Virus record (IMG/VR): IMGVR_UViG_3300020402_000001
Span: 1-61,808 of that record
Length of the DNA: 61,808 nucleotides
Strand: one strand, 5' to 3'
Source: a virus
Lineage: Duplodnaviria; Caudoviricetes
The notes under the pieces are model-generated. The model was given only the letters and a program-made list of their open reading frames with translations, searched no databases and was not told where the DNA came from. The translations under genes and the position numbers were made by a program. Positions 37,366 to 46,421 of this stretch are shown piece after piece (the first letter of the stretch is position 1; the number at the start of each line of letters is the position of its first letter).

Positions 37366-38281
37366 GCAGTGCTCCTTTCAAAAATGCCTCCCATTCTTTT
37401 CCTTTTTTCTCCCAGGAGTAAAATCTTTTTGCATACTTCTGTTGTTCCTCTAAATGTTCTTGTATTATAGGTGAATGTAGATGTGCACATGCAGAATCAA
37501 TAGCACTTGCAAATAAAATTGATAAAGCTTCATAATTATTTGTAAAGTTTACATAGATAGGCCACTCTGCACATGTTTCATATAATGCACCGTAGTTTGT
37601 TGTAACCATATATAATCCTGAACTCATTGCTTCTAATGCACCAATACCAAAGGTTTCTTCAAAGACGCTCGGGTAAGTCCACATTTGATAATCAGTAATT
37701 CTATCTAAAATATATTCATGAGGTTTATAACCCATGTAATTTACATTTGGTAACTTCTCTGCTTGATCAAATAGTGCTTGGTATTTATAATTGTTTTGTT
37801 CATAAAACTCTTGTCCATATATTTTTGTGCTTGAGTAAACATCTAAAGTTACGTTAGGTGTTTTTATGTATTGCATTGCACCAAGCATTACGTTTAGTCC
37901 TCTCCATGGAGTTGAGTGGAATAATAGTTTTACTGGATCACCTTTTTTATATATTTTTCTTTCTGGAAAATGTGCGCTACCATTTTTGATAACCATTGAT
38001 CTCTCTGTTGGTATTCTATAAAAGTATCTAAACTTCTCATAACACCAATGTGAATTGAATATGTACCAATCATATTCCTTATGTCTTTTTGGATTACCAA
38101 AAAACTCATGAAGGTTAGGTTGGTCGTATGAATTTTTTTGCCAAAGAATATTTAATTTATCTGGATCTAGAGGAACTTTTCCAGGCACCGATGTACATAT
38201 TTGAGTTTGATCTAATAACTTATTATCGCAATGCTTTCGAAGCATTTCGAACTGTAGCTCAGTACCACCTCTAGGATTCAT
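37355..38281 (-). CDS. Glycosyltransferase (GT-B, family 4-like)
   Basis: GGTE, RGL, YPS.FEETFGIGALEAM (EX7E). Confidence 0.88.
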   Translation of the reverse strand: MNPRGGTELQFEMLRKHCDNKLLDQTQICTSVPGKVPLDPDKLNILWQKNSYDQPNLHEFFGNPKRHKEYDWYIFNSHWCYEKFRYFYRIPTERSMVIKNGSAHFPERKIYKKGDPVKLLFHSTPWRGLNVMLGAMQYIKTPNVTLDVYSSTKIYGQEFYEQNNYKYQALFDQAEKLPNVNYMGYKPHEYILDRITDYQMWTYPSVFEETFGIGALEAMSSGLYMVTTNYGALYETCAEWPIYVNFTNNYEALSILFASAIDSACAHLHSPIIQEHLEEQQKYAKRFYSWEKKGKEWEAFLKGALRGR

Positions 38282-38478
38282 TATTCTTTTGTACTACCAA
38301 ACAATGTCAATTTTGCAACAGTTATTTCCACGTGTTGTGAAAAGTCATCTTGCGTAGTTTCAGTGTTTGGATCAGCTACATCTGCATCAAAAGCTTCTTT
38401 ACTCTCATAGACTTGACCAGTCTTTTTGTGTTTTATAACTTCTTTTGCCTCAGCTGGTATTCTTTTTATTTCACTCAT
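38281..38478 (-). CDS. Hypothetical protein
   Basis: 65 aa with AAGGA RBS. Confidence 0.7.
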   Translation of the reverse strand: MSEIKRIPAEAKEVIKHKKTGQVYESKEAFDADVADPNTETTQDDFSQHVEITVAKLTLFGSTKE

Positions 38479-38488
38479 GTTGTTTCCT

Positions 38489-39070
38489 TTAATTATCTTT
38501 AAACTTTAATTTTATATTAAAAGCAACCGTAATCCTAGTCTTATCTAATGGATTATGGGTAACTCCATGTACCATATATGATGGGAAAAGTAAAAACTGA
38601 TTTTTATAATTTTTTAGAGGGTGCATGCAACTAAACTCATTCATATCATCGAAATATTCCCATAAGCCTGACATTGTAGACGAATAGTCTGGTCTTTTAA
38701 AATATATGTGTCCTGTGTCCGGTGGACATTCTACATAATAAACTCCAGAAAAATGTGAATTACTATGATTATGTTCTCGATTATATGAATATTGATTATT
38801 GTCATTTATCCACATGTTTAAAAAATTTATTTCAAAACCTCTTTTATAAAAGAAGTCATTACTAAATACTGTGGCTGACCATTGTAAAAGTTTATTCTCT
38901 AAATACTTATTAGTTATATTTGGTGTTTGATACCCATGTTCATTTGATTTATGAACTCCAATACCTTTTTCTTTTTCATCCGATAAAATTTTTTTACTTA
39001 ACTCATGAAATTGTTCATCTTCAAAATTATCTACAAATATAGAATCTTGGAAAATAGTATACTTCATCAA
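38489..39070 (-). CDS. Putative 2OG-Fe(II) oxygenase (TIGR02466-like)
   Basis: WIN..HNH..SGVYY..FPSY..H.V..R..AFN. Confidence 0.85.
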   Translation of the reverse strand: MMKYTIFQDSIFVDNFEDEQFHELSKKILSDEKEKGIGVHKSNEHGYQTPNITNKYLENKLLQWSATVFSNDFFYKRGFEINFLNMWINDNNQYSYNREHNHSNSHFSGVYYVECPPDTGHIYFKRPDYSSTMSGLWEYFDDMNEFSCMHPLKNYKNQFLLFPSYMVHGVTHNPLDKTRITVAFNIKLKFKDN

Positions 39071-39195
39071 CGACCTTGGCGGTTGTATTTCTTATAATCC
39101 CTTTTCTCATTTTTGTTAAGACTTTTTTTATGTCGACCAGGACGCTTTTTAGGTTTTGGTCTTGGTATAAAATTAACGAATTTACGCTTAGCCAT
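39067..39195 (-). CDS. Very basic 42-aa peptide missed by the track
   Basis: MAKRKFVNFIPRPKPKKRPGRHKKSLNKNEKRDYKKYNRQGR, coupled on both sides. Confidence 0.75.
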   Translation of the reverse strand: MAKRKFVNFIPRPKPKKRPGRHKKSLNKNEKRDYKKYNRQGR

Positions 39196-39527
39196 TATTC
39201 TCTAGTAATCTCAAGAACTGACACTATACCTGCTATCTTATCAGCAGTAGCAGCCTGTATTTTTATTGCATCTCCAGACTCTAAAACCATACTGCTTTTA
39301 ACTAAATTTTCTACAGTCTTAGATCCTAAATTCACCAGAGCAACTTCAAATTCTGCATTTGAATCTGATGAGTCCACAGTAAATACTGTAACGTCAATCG
39401 CACCAGAATGAATGTTTGTTGTTTGTATGGCTTTTACAATCGAAGTGGCATTAGTGGGCACTGTGTATACAGTTGTTGCGTTTGTATTTGTAAGATCAAA
39501 CATTGCATTTTTGTAAGTATTAGCCAT
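39195..39527 (-). CDS. Small beta-rich virion protein, putative
   Basis: TTVYTVP..LESGD.I pattern. Confidence 0.65.
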   Translation of the reverse strand: MANTYKNAMFDLTNTNATTVYTVPTNATSIVKAIQTTNIHSGAIDVTVFTVDSSDSNAEFEVALVNLGSKTVENLVKSSMVLESGDAIKIQAATADKIAGIVSVLEITRE

Positions 39528-39687
39528 ATATAAAAAAATTAAATCTTTCTTGTTCTTCTTTTAGTTCATTTAGAAACGATGTGTTTAACACATCTTTAAG
39601 CGTGCTTAAAGCCTCCTGTATCTGTCTTTGGTTTGATACATCATATTCTTCTTTTGGTTCTGGTATTTGTATATTTATTTTAGCCAT
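39520..39687 (-). CDS. 55-aa tail-module protein missed by the track
   Basis: MAKINIQIPEPKEEYDVSNQRQI.., overlapping both neighbours. Confidence 0.75.
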   Translation of the reverse strand: MAKINIQIPEPKEEYDVSNQRQIQEALSTLKDVLNTSFLNELKEEQERFNFFIYG

Positions 39688-40480
39688 GGAGTGCTCTACC
39701 TCTTTCTTGTGAGGCTTTATTACTTGCAGCTACTGAAGCTGCTTTTGCTTTGGCCATTTGTGCAGGTGAACCTCCTTCTCCTCCTCCTCCTGTTTTTTTA
39801 ACAGAGGCAGGTGCTTTACCTCCACTACTCTTGATTTGATTCAAAGCTTTTGCATCAGCTGATTTTCTTTCTTCTAAAAGTTTTATCCTGTTGAGAAGAT
39901 TTGTTGGGTCCTTACCTGCTTTTAGCAGTCTTGGAATTCCTTTTTCTTTTATGGTTTTAATTCTTTTATCGTAAGCTTTATCTAAACCTATTGTTCTTTC
40001 TTTACCAAATTTACCACCAGTCAAATCATATAAGAGACCACCTGAAATAGGATTATAACCTGCCATTAAATCTCCTTGTTGTATTCTACCAATATCATCA
40101 GTCCCATACAGACCCTCGAAGTAACTTCTCGATGCTGCTGTTATAGGATCCTCAGGTGGTAGTACCTGAGTTGCTATTCCAAGCGCAAGACTGCCTGGAC
40201 CAATAATTGGTAGATTGCCTATTTTAGGTAAATTAATTTTATTTAGTATTTTATTTTTTATAAAATTTTTAGCAGTATTTTGGACTATATTATTAGATTG
40301 CATATTGTTGTAGATAGGAGCTATTCCAACTGGAGCTGATTGATCAAATCTTTGTGCAAATAAATCCATATTTCTTGGCACTATACCTGCAGCTTGCATT
40401 TTTTGATCATTTATTAATCTTGTTAAATCACTAGTGCCTGACGTAGATATCAAACCATCTCTGTTCATTACATTAATCAT
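39680..40480 (-). CDS. Hypothetical virion-associated protein
   Basis: 266 aa, TAATG-coupled to the nozzle gene. Confidence 0.65.
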   Translation of the reverse strand: MINVMNRDGLISTSGTSDLTRLINDQKMQAAGIVPRNMDLFAQRFDQSAPVGIAPIYNNMQSNNIVQNTAKNFIKNKILNKINLPKIGNLPIIGPGSLALGIATQVLPPEDPITAASRSYFEGLYGTDDIGRIQQGDLMAGYNPISGGLLYDLTGGKFGKERTIGLDKAYDKRIKTIKEKGIPRLLKAGKDPTNLLNRIKLLEERKSADAKALNQIKSSGGKAPASVKKTGGGGEGGSPAQMAKAKAASVAASNKASQERGRALHG

Positions 40481-42648
40481 TATCTTTGTCCATCTGGTTG
40501 AGTGTCTGCTCTAAATGTGCCATATCTCCAACTCTGGTTTGTTGCAGTGTTTTCTACTTTCAAACTAGCAAATCTTGCTCTAGCTCTAGTGTCTACTTTA
40601 GTTGTTGAACTGTTAATTGTAAAGGGCCCTAAAGGTGATGATGTTTCATTATCAACTGGGAAATCTTTAAGTAATATTGATATTTTAGCATCTCCAGTAA
40701 GTATTTTAAAATCAGGCACAAATCTTCTCATGCTCATAAAATACTGACCGTTACCTTCTACGTCTAAATCAAAATCTCCAGATTGAATAAATGAAGTAAT
40801 TGCTGTGGATGTGCCAGTGGAGTCAACTTGATTAGTTCCAATTTCATGAGCATAGTAGATGGATGCACCATTTGCATTTGTGACTCCATTTATTGTTGGA
40901 AAATTAGGCACACTTGATGATTGAAATTCTGTTGCATACGGATTGTCAAATAAGGTTGCATCATAATAAGTGCTTCTAGCTAAAGTCCCTGTAGTCCAAA
41001 CGTTCTCAGCATAATTATAAGTAACCACTCTGTCTACTTCTGAACTTCCAGCTTTTGGGTAAAACCAATTTAATTCTGAATACAAAGTATTATAACCACA
41101 GAAGACAGTCTCTCCAGCATTGTAATTTATTCCTAGATTATTTCCGTTTGTTGTAAATACAAAATCCTCTACAAGGCAAGGTAAAGATTTTACGGTACCA
41201 TCAAATACAAAGAAACCCCCTGCTTGACCCATCCAATAAACTGCTCCATCTACATGTTTGATAGAGTGTTGTCCAATAGCTCCACAGTTAGAACCAACTT
41301 GACGAATAGAAAATGTAAAAGGTGGGCCAACAAATTGCATTAAATAAGCAGATGTGTTGGTTAGTATAAGGATGTAATCTTTACCTCTTACAGCTCCAAT
41401 AATTTTTGTACCACTATCTAGTCTAAAAGTACCAGCTGTGTTTGTGGACGTAGGTGTGTAAGACCCAGTATTTTCTTGATCAGAGAACCTTATGAACATT
41501 GGATCTTGTGTATTTACATCGCCTACTGTTGTTTCAGTTCCCAACATAATCAAATGTCGATCTCTTTCAGATACAACTGATAAAACGGAAGCAGTCGGTG
41601 CTCCATTTATTACAGTTGCTCGTGTATTCAAAGCATTGGTATTTGCTGCTATCGGATTCCAAGAAAAAGTTTTTCCATTTTTATTTGTTGCAATAAGTTG
41701 CTGTCCAAAATTATCTAAGGACCATGAAGCAGGATCTAGAACTACAGTAGAGGTCGTTGTTGCTTGACCCCATCCTATGAAATTAGATGCATCAGTCACT
41801 GTAGCTCCGTTACTGTGTGATGCTGCAGTGGTTCCTGAAGCACCTCTTGATGAAATTACTATGTCATTGCTAGAGATAGAACTATAAGAAATTAATTCTG
41901 ATCCTATTGCTACTGTTCCTGAAGCAGGCAATCCAGAAGTAGACACTAAAGTAATATTTGTTAAAGACCCGTTATTACCTCCAGAGGCAGTTAGCGCACC
42001 ATTAAGTTGTGTAGTAACTGCTCCTGAAACTGTACCTCCCCATTGTCCAGTACCAAAACCAAAACCAAATGTTTGTGTCAAAGGTCCAAATCCAGCATAA
42101 GGATTGATGGTCGCTGATCCGGTGGCCGTTGTCGTCCCTCCTGCAGCAACTGAAACTTGTATTGTAAATGAGTTTGACGTTGCAGTTAAAACTTCAAATG
42201 GATTATCTGTAAATACTGTTGTTGCATATCCAGAACCATTAGGCACAGTCACTGAAGTAAATGTAAATAAATCACCTGCTACCAAACCATGTAAAGCTTT
42301 GTTTACTGTTATTGTCTGTGGAGCACTTACACTGTTTATTGTAAAGGTAGCTCCTGTTACTGCTGAGTCTAATGGAGTAATATCGTAAAATTGTCCTGAG
42401 TAATAAGCAAACAATGCTTTGTGTGTTCCAACAGCAGCATAAGATCTGCCATCAAGATCTGACCAAATATGTTGAGCCCTTGCAGCTCCCACTAATGTGC
42501 TTGAAGTTAATTGTTGCCATCCACCTATTTTTTCAGGTAAACCATATCTAAATCTAACATTATCTCCATCGACCCATTGACCTTCAGCACCTGTTTCGGT
42601 CACCTGCTTATTGAATCCTGGTCGTATTTGAACACTTGTTAATGGCAT
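40480..42648 (-). CDS. Tail nozzle / head-stabilisation protein (P22 gp10-like) with inserted beta domains
   Basis: 722 aa, DNVRFR..PEKIGGW, IRFSDQE, YNY.EN.W motifs. Confidence 0.7.
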   Translation of the reverse strand: MPLTSVQIRPGFNKQVTETGAEGQWVDGDNVRFRYGLPEKIGGWQQLTSSTLVGAARAQHIWSDLDGRSYAAVGTHKALFAYYSGQFYDITPLDSAVTGATFTINSVSAPQTITVNKALHGLVAGDLFTFTSVTVPNGSGYATTVFTDNPFEVLTATSNSFTIQVSVAAGGTTTATGSATINPYAGFGPLTQTFGFGFGTGQWGGTVSGAVTTQLNGALTASGGNNGSLTNITLVSTSGLPASGTVAIGSELISYSSISSNDIVISSRGASGTTAASHSNGATVTDASNFIGWGQATTTSTVVLDPASWSLDNFGQQLIATNKNGKTFSWNPIAANTNALNTRATVINGAPTASVLSVVSERDRHLIMLGTETTVGDVNTQDPMFIRFSDQENTGSYTPTSTNTAGTFRLDSGTKIIGAVRGKDYILILTNTSAYLMQFVGPPFTFSIRQVGSNCGAIGQHSIKHVDGAVYWMGQAGGFFVFDGTVKSLPCLVEDFVFTTNGNNLGINYNAGETVFCGYNTLYSELNWFYPKAGSSEVDRVVTYNYAENVWTTGTLARSTYYDATLFDNPYATEFQSSSVPNFPTINGVTNANGASIYYAHEIGTNQVDSTGTSTAITSFIQSGDFDLDVEGNGQYFMSMRRFVPDFKILTGDAKISILLKDFPVDNETSSPLGPFTINSSTTKVDTRARARFASLKVENTATNQSWRYGTFRADTQPDGQR

Positions 42649-42677
42649 GCCGTATTATAGCATATTGTAATGTTCAT

Positions 42678-43280
42678 TTAAAGTTTGAGGCTAGTCAAGT
42701 CTTCTTCTCTGCCCATTTCACCTTTTATCCAGGTATTGAAAGATATAGATATTCTAGTCTTTTGATTTTGGTTTGGGCTTACGCTGTGCCACAAGGTAGA
42801 AGGAAAAAGAAATAAAGCATTCTTTTTTGTTGGGTATCTCCACGAATGTGAATTAAATATATTACCTTGTTTCATTCTAGGTTCTAGGTTTTTAAATATT
42901 GAATCATAGTTTGAAAATTCAATTTGAGTTTCATTTTCATCTAGATAAAAGACTCCACTTAAAAAACTATTTGGATGGCAATGTACTCCGTGTCTTTCTC
43001 CCATCTTTGTGAAATTGACCCATGATTGTGTAATGTAAGGTTCTGAATCTGTAAATTGCATCACATCATAATAATATCTTGAAACATAAAATTTAATCCA
43101 TCTTTTCAATCCTTCTAAATTTGGCTCATCAAGTATATACCTATTTGATGAAATATTATTATTACCGTTAAAAATACTATCTTGTAATTCTATAAAGTTT
43201 CTTTCCTCCTCTTTTAGATTGTATCTTTCATCTGTAATCATTACAGGATAAGCAAACAAAGGTTCTAATTTAAAACTCAT
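42678..43280 (-). CDS. Putative 2OG-Fe(II) oxygenase (TIGR02466-like)
   Basis: SWVN..HCHPNS..SGVFY..FPS.L.HSV..RISISFN. Confidence 0.88.
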   Translation of the reverse strand: MSFKLEPLFAYPVMITDERYNLKEEERNFIELQDSIFNGNNNISSNRYILDEPNLEGLKRWIKFYVSRYYYDVMQFTDSEPYITQSWVNFTKMGERHGVHCHPNSFLSGVFYLDENETQIEFSNYDSIFKNLEPRMKQGNIFNSHSWRYPTKKNALFLFPSTLWHSVSPNQNQKTRISISFNTWIKGEMGREEDLTSLKL

Positions 43281-43860
43281 ATTGTGAATCGTTACTTCCT
43301 ACTGTTCCCACTGGTTGAATGTTCATGGCTATACTATATCTGTTATAATTTGTTTTGTTAAGATTTACTCTATGTAAAAGACTTGCAGGAAACATAATAA
43401 AATCTCCAGCAGAAATTTTAACAGTCTCTGTTTGATTATGTAAAAAATTTCTATCAGTATCAACACCCCAAAGGATAGGTAATGTTTTTCTAAAATTAAT
43501 AGAATTATCTTTATCTCCTTTTGGATAATACACAGCTGACATGAAATAATTAGAATGTGTATGATATTCAGACTCTGAATCAGGAGTAACCTTTGTAACC
43601 CACGACCTAGCAATTTTGAATTTGTTTTTGATACCTAACTGATCAAAACCTTTTTGAATATACTCATTAAAAACTTTCTCATAATTCAGTTCTAATGTTT
43701 TTATAAAGTTATATTCGACAGAGGTATAACATCCTCTACTTTGAAAAGTTTTTTTATATTCTATTTGTTCAAGATGTTTTTGAAGTTCCTTATTATCTAA
43801 AGGTAGGTTTTGAAAATAACAAAAATATTCTGGAAACAATAATTGGACATTATTCATCAA
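43270..43860 (-). CDS. Putative 2OG-Fe(II) oxygenase (TIGR02466-like)
   Basis: SW..HTHSN..SAVYY..FP..L.H.V..RYSIAMN. Confidence 0.85.
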   Translation of the reverse strand: MMNNVQLLFPEYFCYFQNLPLDNKELQKHLEQIEYKKTFQSRGCYTSVEYNFIKTLELNYEKVFNEYIQKGFDQLGIKNKFKIARSWVTKVTPDSESEYHTHSNYFMSAVYYPKGDKDNSINFRKTLPILWGVDTDRNFLHNQTETVKISAGDFIMFPASLLHRVNLNKTNYNRYSIAMNIQPVGTVGSNDSQYEF

Positions 43861-44065
43861 GTTTTATTTCATCATCTTCGTTATTTAATTGATTGTATTT
43901 TTTAGGTATTGCATTCATGGCATAAGCACAAATGTCTGCTAAAACATTTACAAATCTTTTCATAGCTATGTGCGAAAAAATTAATTTTTTATTCTTTACT
44001 ATTGTTTCAATTTCCTCGTCAGAAAAAATTAGGTGATGTTCACCATTATTTCTTTGTATCTTCAT
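43850..44065 (-). CDS. Small hypothetical protein
   Basis: Likely start MKIQRNNGE (44065). Confidence 0.55.
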   Translation of the reverse strand: MKIQRNNGEHHLIFSDEEIETIVKNKKLIFSHIAMKRFVNVLADICAYAMNAIPKKYNQLNNEDDEIKLDE

Positions 44066-44636
44066 ATTGGCAACCAATATATTGTCTTTTGTTAAATTTG
44101 CAATCTTTAAAAGGACCATCTTGGTCTACATAATATAGTTCAACTTGTGATGTATAATTACCTTTAAATTCCTCTCTATACGGATCGCACTCATCTAAAA
44201 AAATACATGCATCACCTTCATCAAAATTAACTGTTTTACCATCTAAAATTATTGGCCATGTTTCTCCATCTGTTTCAATATTTAAAAATACACTTACTTC
44301 TTTTGCTCCATCTCTTTTTGATTTAGCTACATCGCTTGCTATTTGATAAGGTCTCCACAAAGAATAAGATGAAAATAGTTTTAGTCCAGTAGCTTTCTCT
44401 ATAAATTCTTTTTTACATTCTAATAAAGATTCCATCACTACATCGTATTTGTGTGTAATTTTAAATCTGTTAGATGGTTCTATTTTTTTCTCGTCCTCCT
44501 TCGTAAGAGGCCAACTTATATTATTATAGGTAGTGTTTATAAGTTGTATCCTGCAGTACTGTTTAAATAAATCTAATTCAAATTTATTCAAAAAGTTTTT
44601 TAATATTTTATATCTGTTATTTTTTATTGTATCCAT
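44046..44636 (-). CDS. Degenerate 2OG-Fe(II) oxygenase paralogue lacking His ligands
   Basis: Aligns by eye with the 13452 protein, but both histidines are absent. Confidence 0.7.
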   Translation of the reverse strand: MDTIKNNRYKILKNFLNKFELDLFKQYCRIQLINTTYNNISWPLTKEDEKKIEPSNRFKITHKYDVVMESLLECKKEFIEKATGLKLFSSYSLWRPYQIASDVAKSKRDGAKEVSVFLNIETDGETWPIILDGKTVNFDEGDACIFLDECDPYREEFKGNYTSQVELYYVDQDGPFKDCKFNKRQYIGCQYEDTKK

Positions 44637-45196
44637 GTTACCATTGTATATCTTGTCCCTTTAGTGACTGGTGTAACAGCGTGTGGGTACAAATGGTTAC
44701 TTGGAAATACAACACACCTATTTTTCTTTTTCTCTATTTTTTCAGTCTCAGTGCTATTTGAATTATGCATTATTAGATCTCCACCTTCATAATCATCGTT
44801 TATAAATAAAATCAAACTCAACATTCTTGGTAATGTTTTATAATAATCTACATGAACATTATATTTACCACCAGGTGGGTACTTTAAAATTTGTGGGTTT
44901 TCTATACTGACAGGATTTAAATATTTACTTCCAGTAACTTCTTTGTAGTTGTTCATTAGATTTTGTGTAAGATATTTAGTTATGTGAAACCAAAAGCTTG
45001 TCGCTGGATCTGAATCTAAATCTAAACCTATTACTTCTACATTACGCACACTATCATCTTCAGCTAAAGTTCCATGTTCATCTGTTATGATTGTGCCAGG
45101 ATGTGATGTTTTAGATTTTATAAATTTTAAAAACTTGGCGTTTTGGTCATCGTTTAAAAAACCATCAAAGATTCTTATAAATCTTTTTATCTCCAT
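44624..45196 (-). CDS. Prolyl-4-hydroxylase-like 2OG-Fe(II) oxygenase
   Basis: LKY..G..Y..HVD..LS..NDDYEGG..FPSN..YPH.V.PV..G.RY. Confidence 0.88.
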   Translation of the reverse strand: MEIKRFIRIFDGFLNDDQNAKFLKFIKSKTSHPGTIITDEHGTLAEDDSVRNVEVIGLDLDSDPATSFWFHITKYLTQNLMNNYKEVTGSKYLNPVSIENPQILKYPPGGKYNVHVDYYKTLPRMLSLILFINDDYEGGDLIMHNSNSTETEKIEKKKNRCVVFPSNHLYPHAVTPVTKGTRYTMVTWIQ

Positions 45197-45933
45197 TTTT
45201 TTTTAATCCAATACTTATCTTGGTAAAATCTCCATACAGACACCATGTGGTCAATAATTTTTAATGCTCTTTTATTCATATCTTGTTCTTCAATATTCAT
45301 TTTCCAATCGTCTCTTTTGAAAGGTATGCATTGTGCTATTACAGTTCCTCTTTTGATTATTGTATCTAGTTGTGGATGCTTTTCAGAGTTTACAATAAAC
45401 GGCAAATTAATTTGATTATCCCAAGTGTCTGTTTCAATAACACCCGATACAATTTGAAATCTGTCATCATGATTATTCATTGGTGCAATAAACAAAGTCG
45501 AATAACCAGGAGGTGTTTTGATTCTCCATGGATTTGAAAATTTTAAAACAGCAGCTTGGTGTCCACCATTTTTTTCTACCATATATGAATCCTTTAATTG
45601 ATTTGGGTTGTGGGCTTGAAAACCAGTTGGAAACTCGAGACCTAATCTTGATATTAAAACTGGATCGTAAGTATCTGGGTTACCATACCTGACATCTGTA
45701 AAATACTTACCGTCTTCACCTTTTTTATGCTGCACCCACATGTCGTGAGTTATTTTCAATGCATAGCCCATAGTCAGAGCATCCATAAAAGGCATACAGC
45801 CTTTTACAGTTTTAACCTCTTTTGTGTGTTTTATGTTTCTAAACCAGCTTGGAATATGCTGACTTATAGGCTCTGGTTTACAATCATCTAATGATTTAAT
45901 AAGTGCTCCAGGAGCTTCAAATGTGATCTGCAT
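45187..45933 (-). CDS. Conserved-type protein often found near oxygenases (TVK.C.P.D..GY, KF.NPW..TPPGYS)
   Basis: Motif pattern; function unknown. Confidence 0.7.
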   Translation of the reverse strand: MQITFEAPGALIKSLDDCKPEPISQHIPSWFRNIKHTKEVKTVKGCMPFMDALTMGYALKITHDMWVQHKKGEDGKYFTDVRYGNPDTYDPVLISRLGLEFPTGFQAHNPNQLKDSYMVEKNGGHQAAVLKFSNPWRIKTPPGYSTLFIAPMNNHDDRFQIVSGVIETDTWDNQINLPFIVNSEKHPQLDTIIKRGTVIAQCIPFKRDDWKMNIEEQDMNKRALKIIDHMVSVWRFYQDKYWIKKKWR

Positions 45934-45945
45934 AAAGCAGAACTA

Positions 45946-46410
45946 TTACATTATTTCATAAATATGTAAATAAGAACTATCTGCTTGATAAGCATAATAC
46001 CAAGGATTTTTGTCATCAGTACCACCTACAGCAGAAAAATCTAATCCTTGAAAAAGAGAAATAGCAGAATCAATCTCAGACATCTTTGGATGACTTGGCC
46101 AATTACTTTTTATTGTTTGATACTGAGAAACAATATTATCTCTTTGTTGTTCTAAATCTTCTGTTGACCAAATAGGTGCTTGTCCAACTTCTGACATATC
46201 ACGCCAAGTTATATTGTTACTATCATCATAAGACTCAGGAACTAAAAGATCTTGTTTAATTTGATTATATTGATCTGTAGAAATATCTATTTGTTGATGC
46301 GATTCTCCGTTTATCCATACGGCATTATCAATGGCAGTTTGATCCGCAGCCATTGCTTGGAGAACTCCTGTTTGATTTGCAGAGTCTGCTTTAAATAATA
46401 AGTATGCCAT
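45946..46410 (-). CDS. Putative tail fibre assembly or accessory protein
   Basis: Acidic, directly downstream of the fibre gene. Confidence 0.5.
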   Translation of the reverse strand: MAYLLFKADSANQTGVLQAMAADQTAIDNAVWINGESHQQIDISTDQYNQIKQDLLVPESYDDSNNITWRDMSEVGQAPIWSTEDLEQQRDNIVSQYQTIKSNWPSHPKMSEIDSAISLFQGLDFSAVGGTDDKNPWYYAYQADSSYLHIYEIM

Positions 46411-46421
46411 AATAATCTCCT

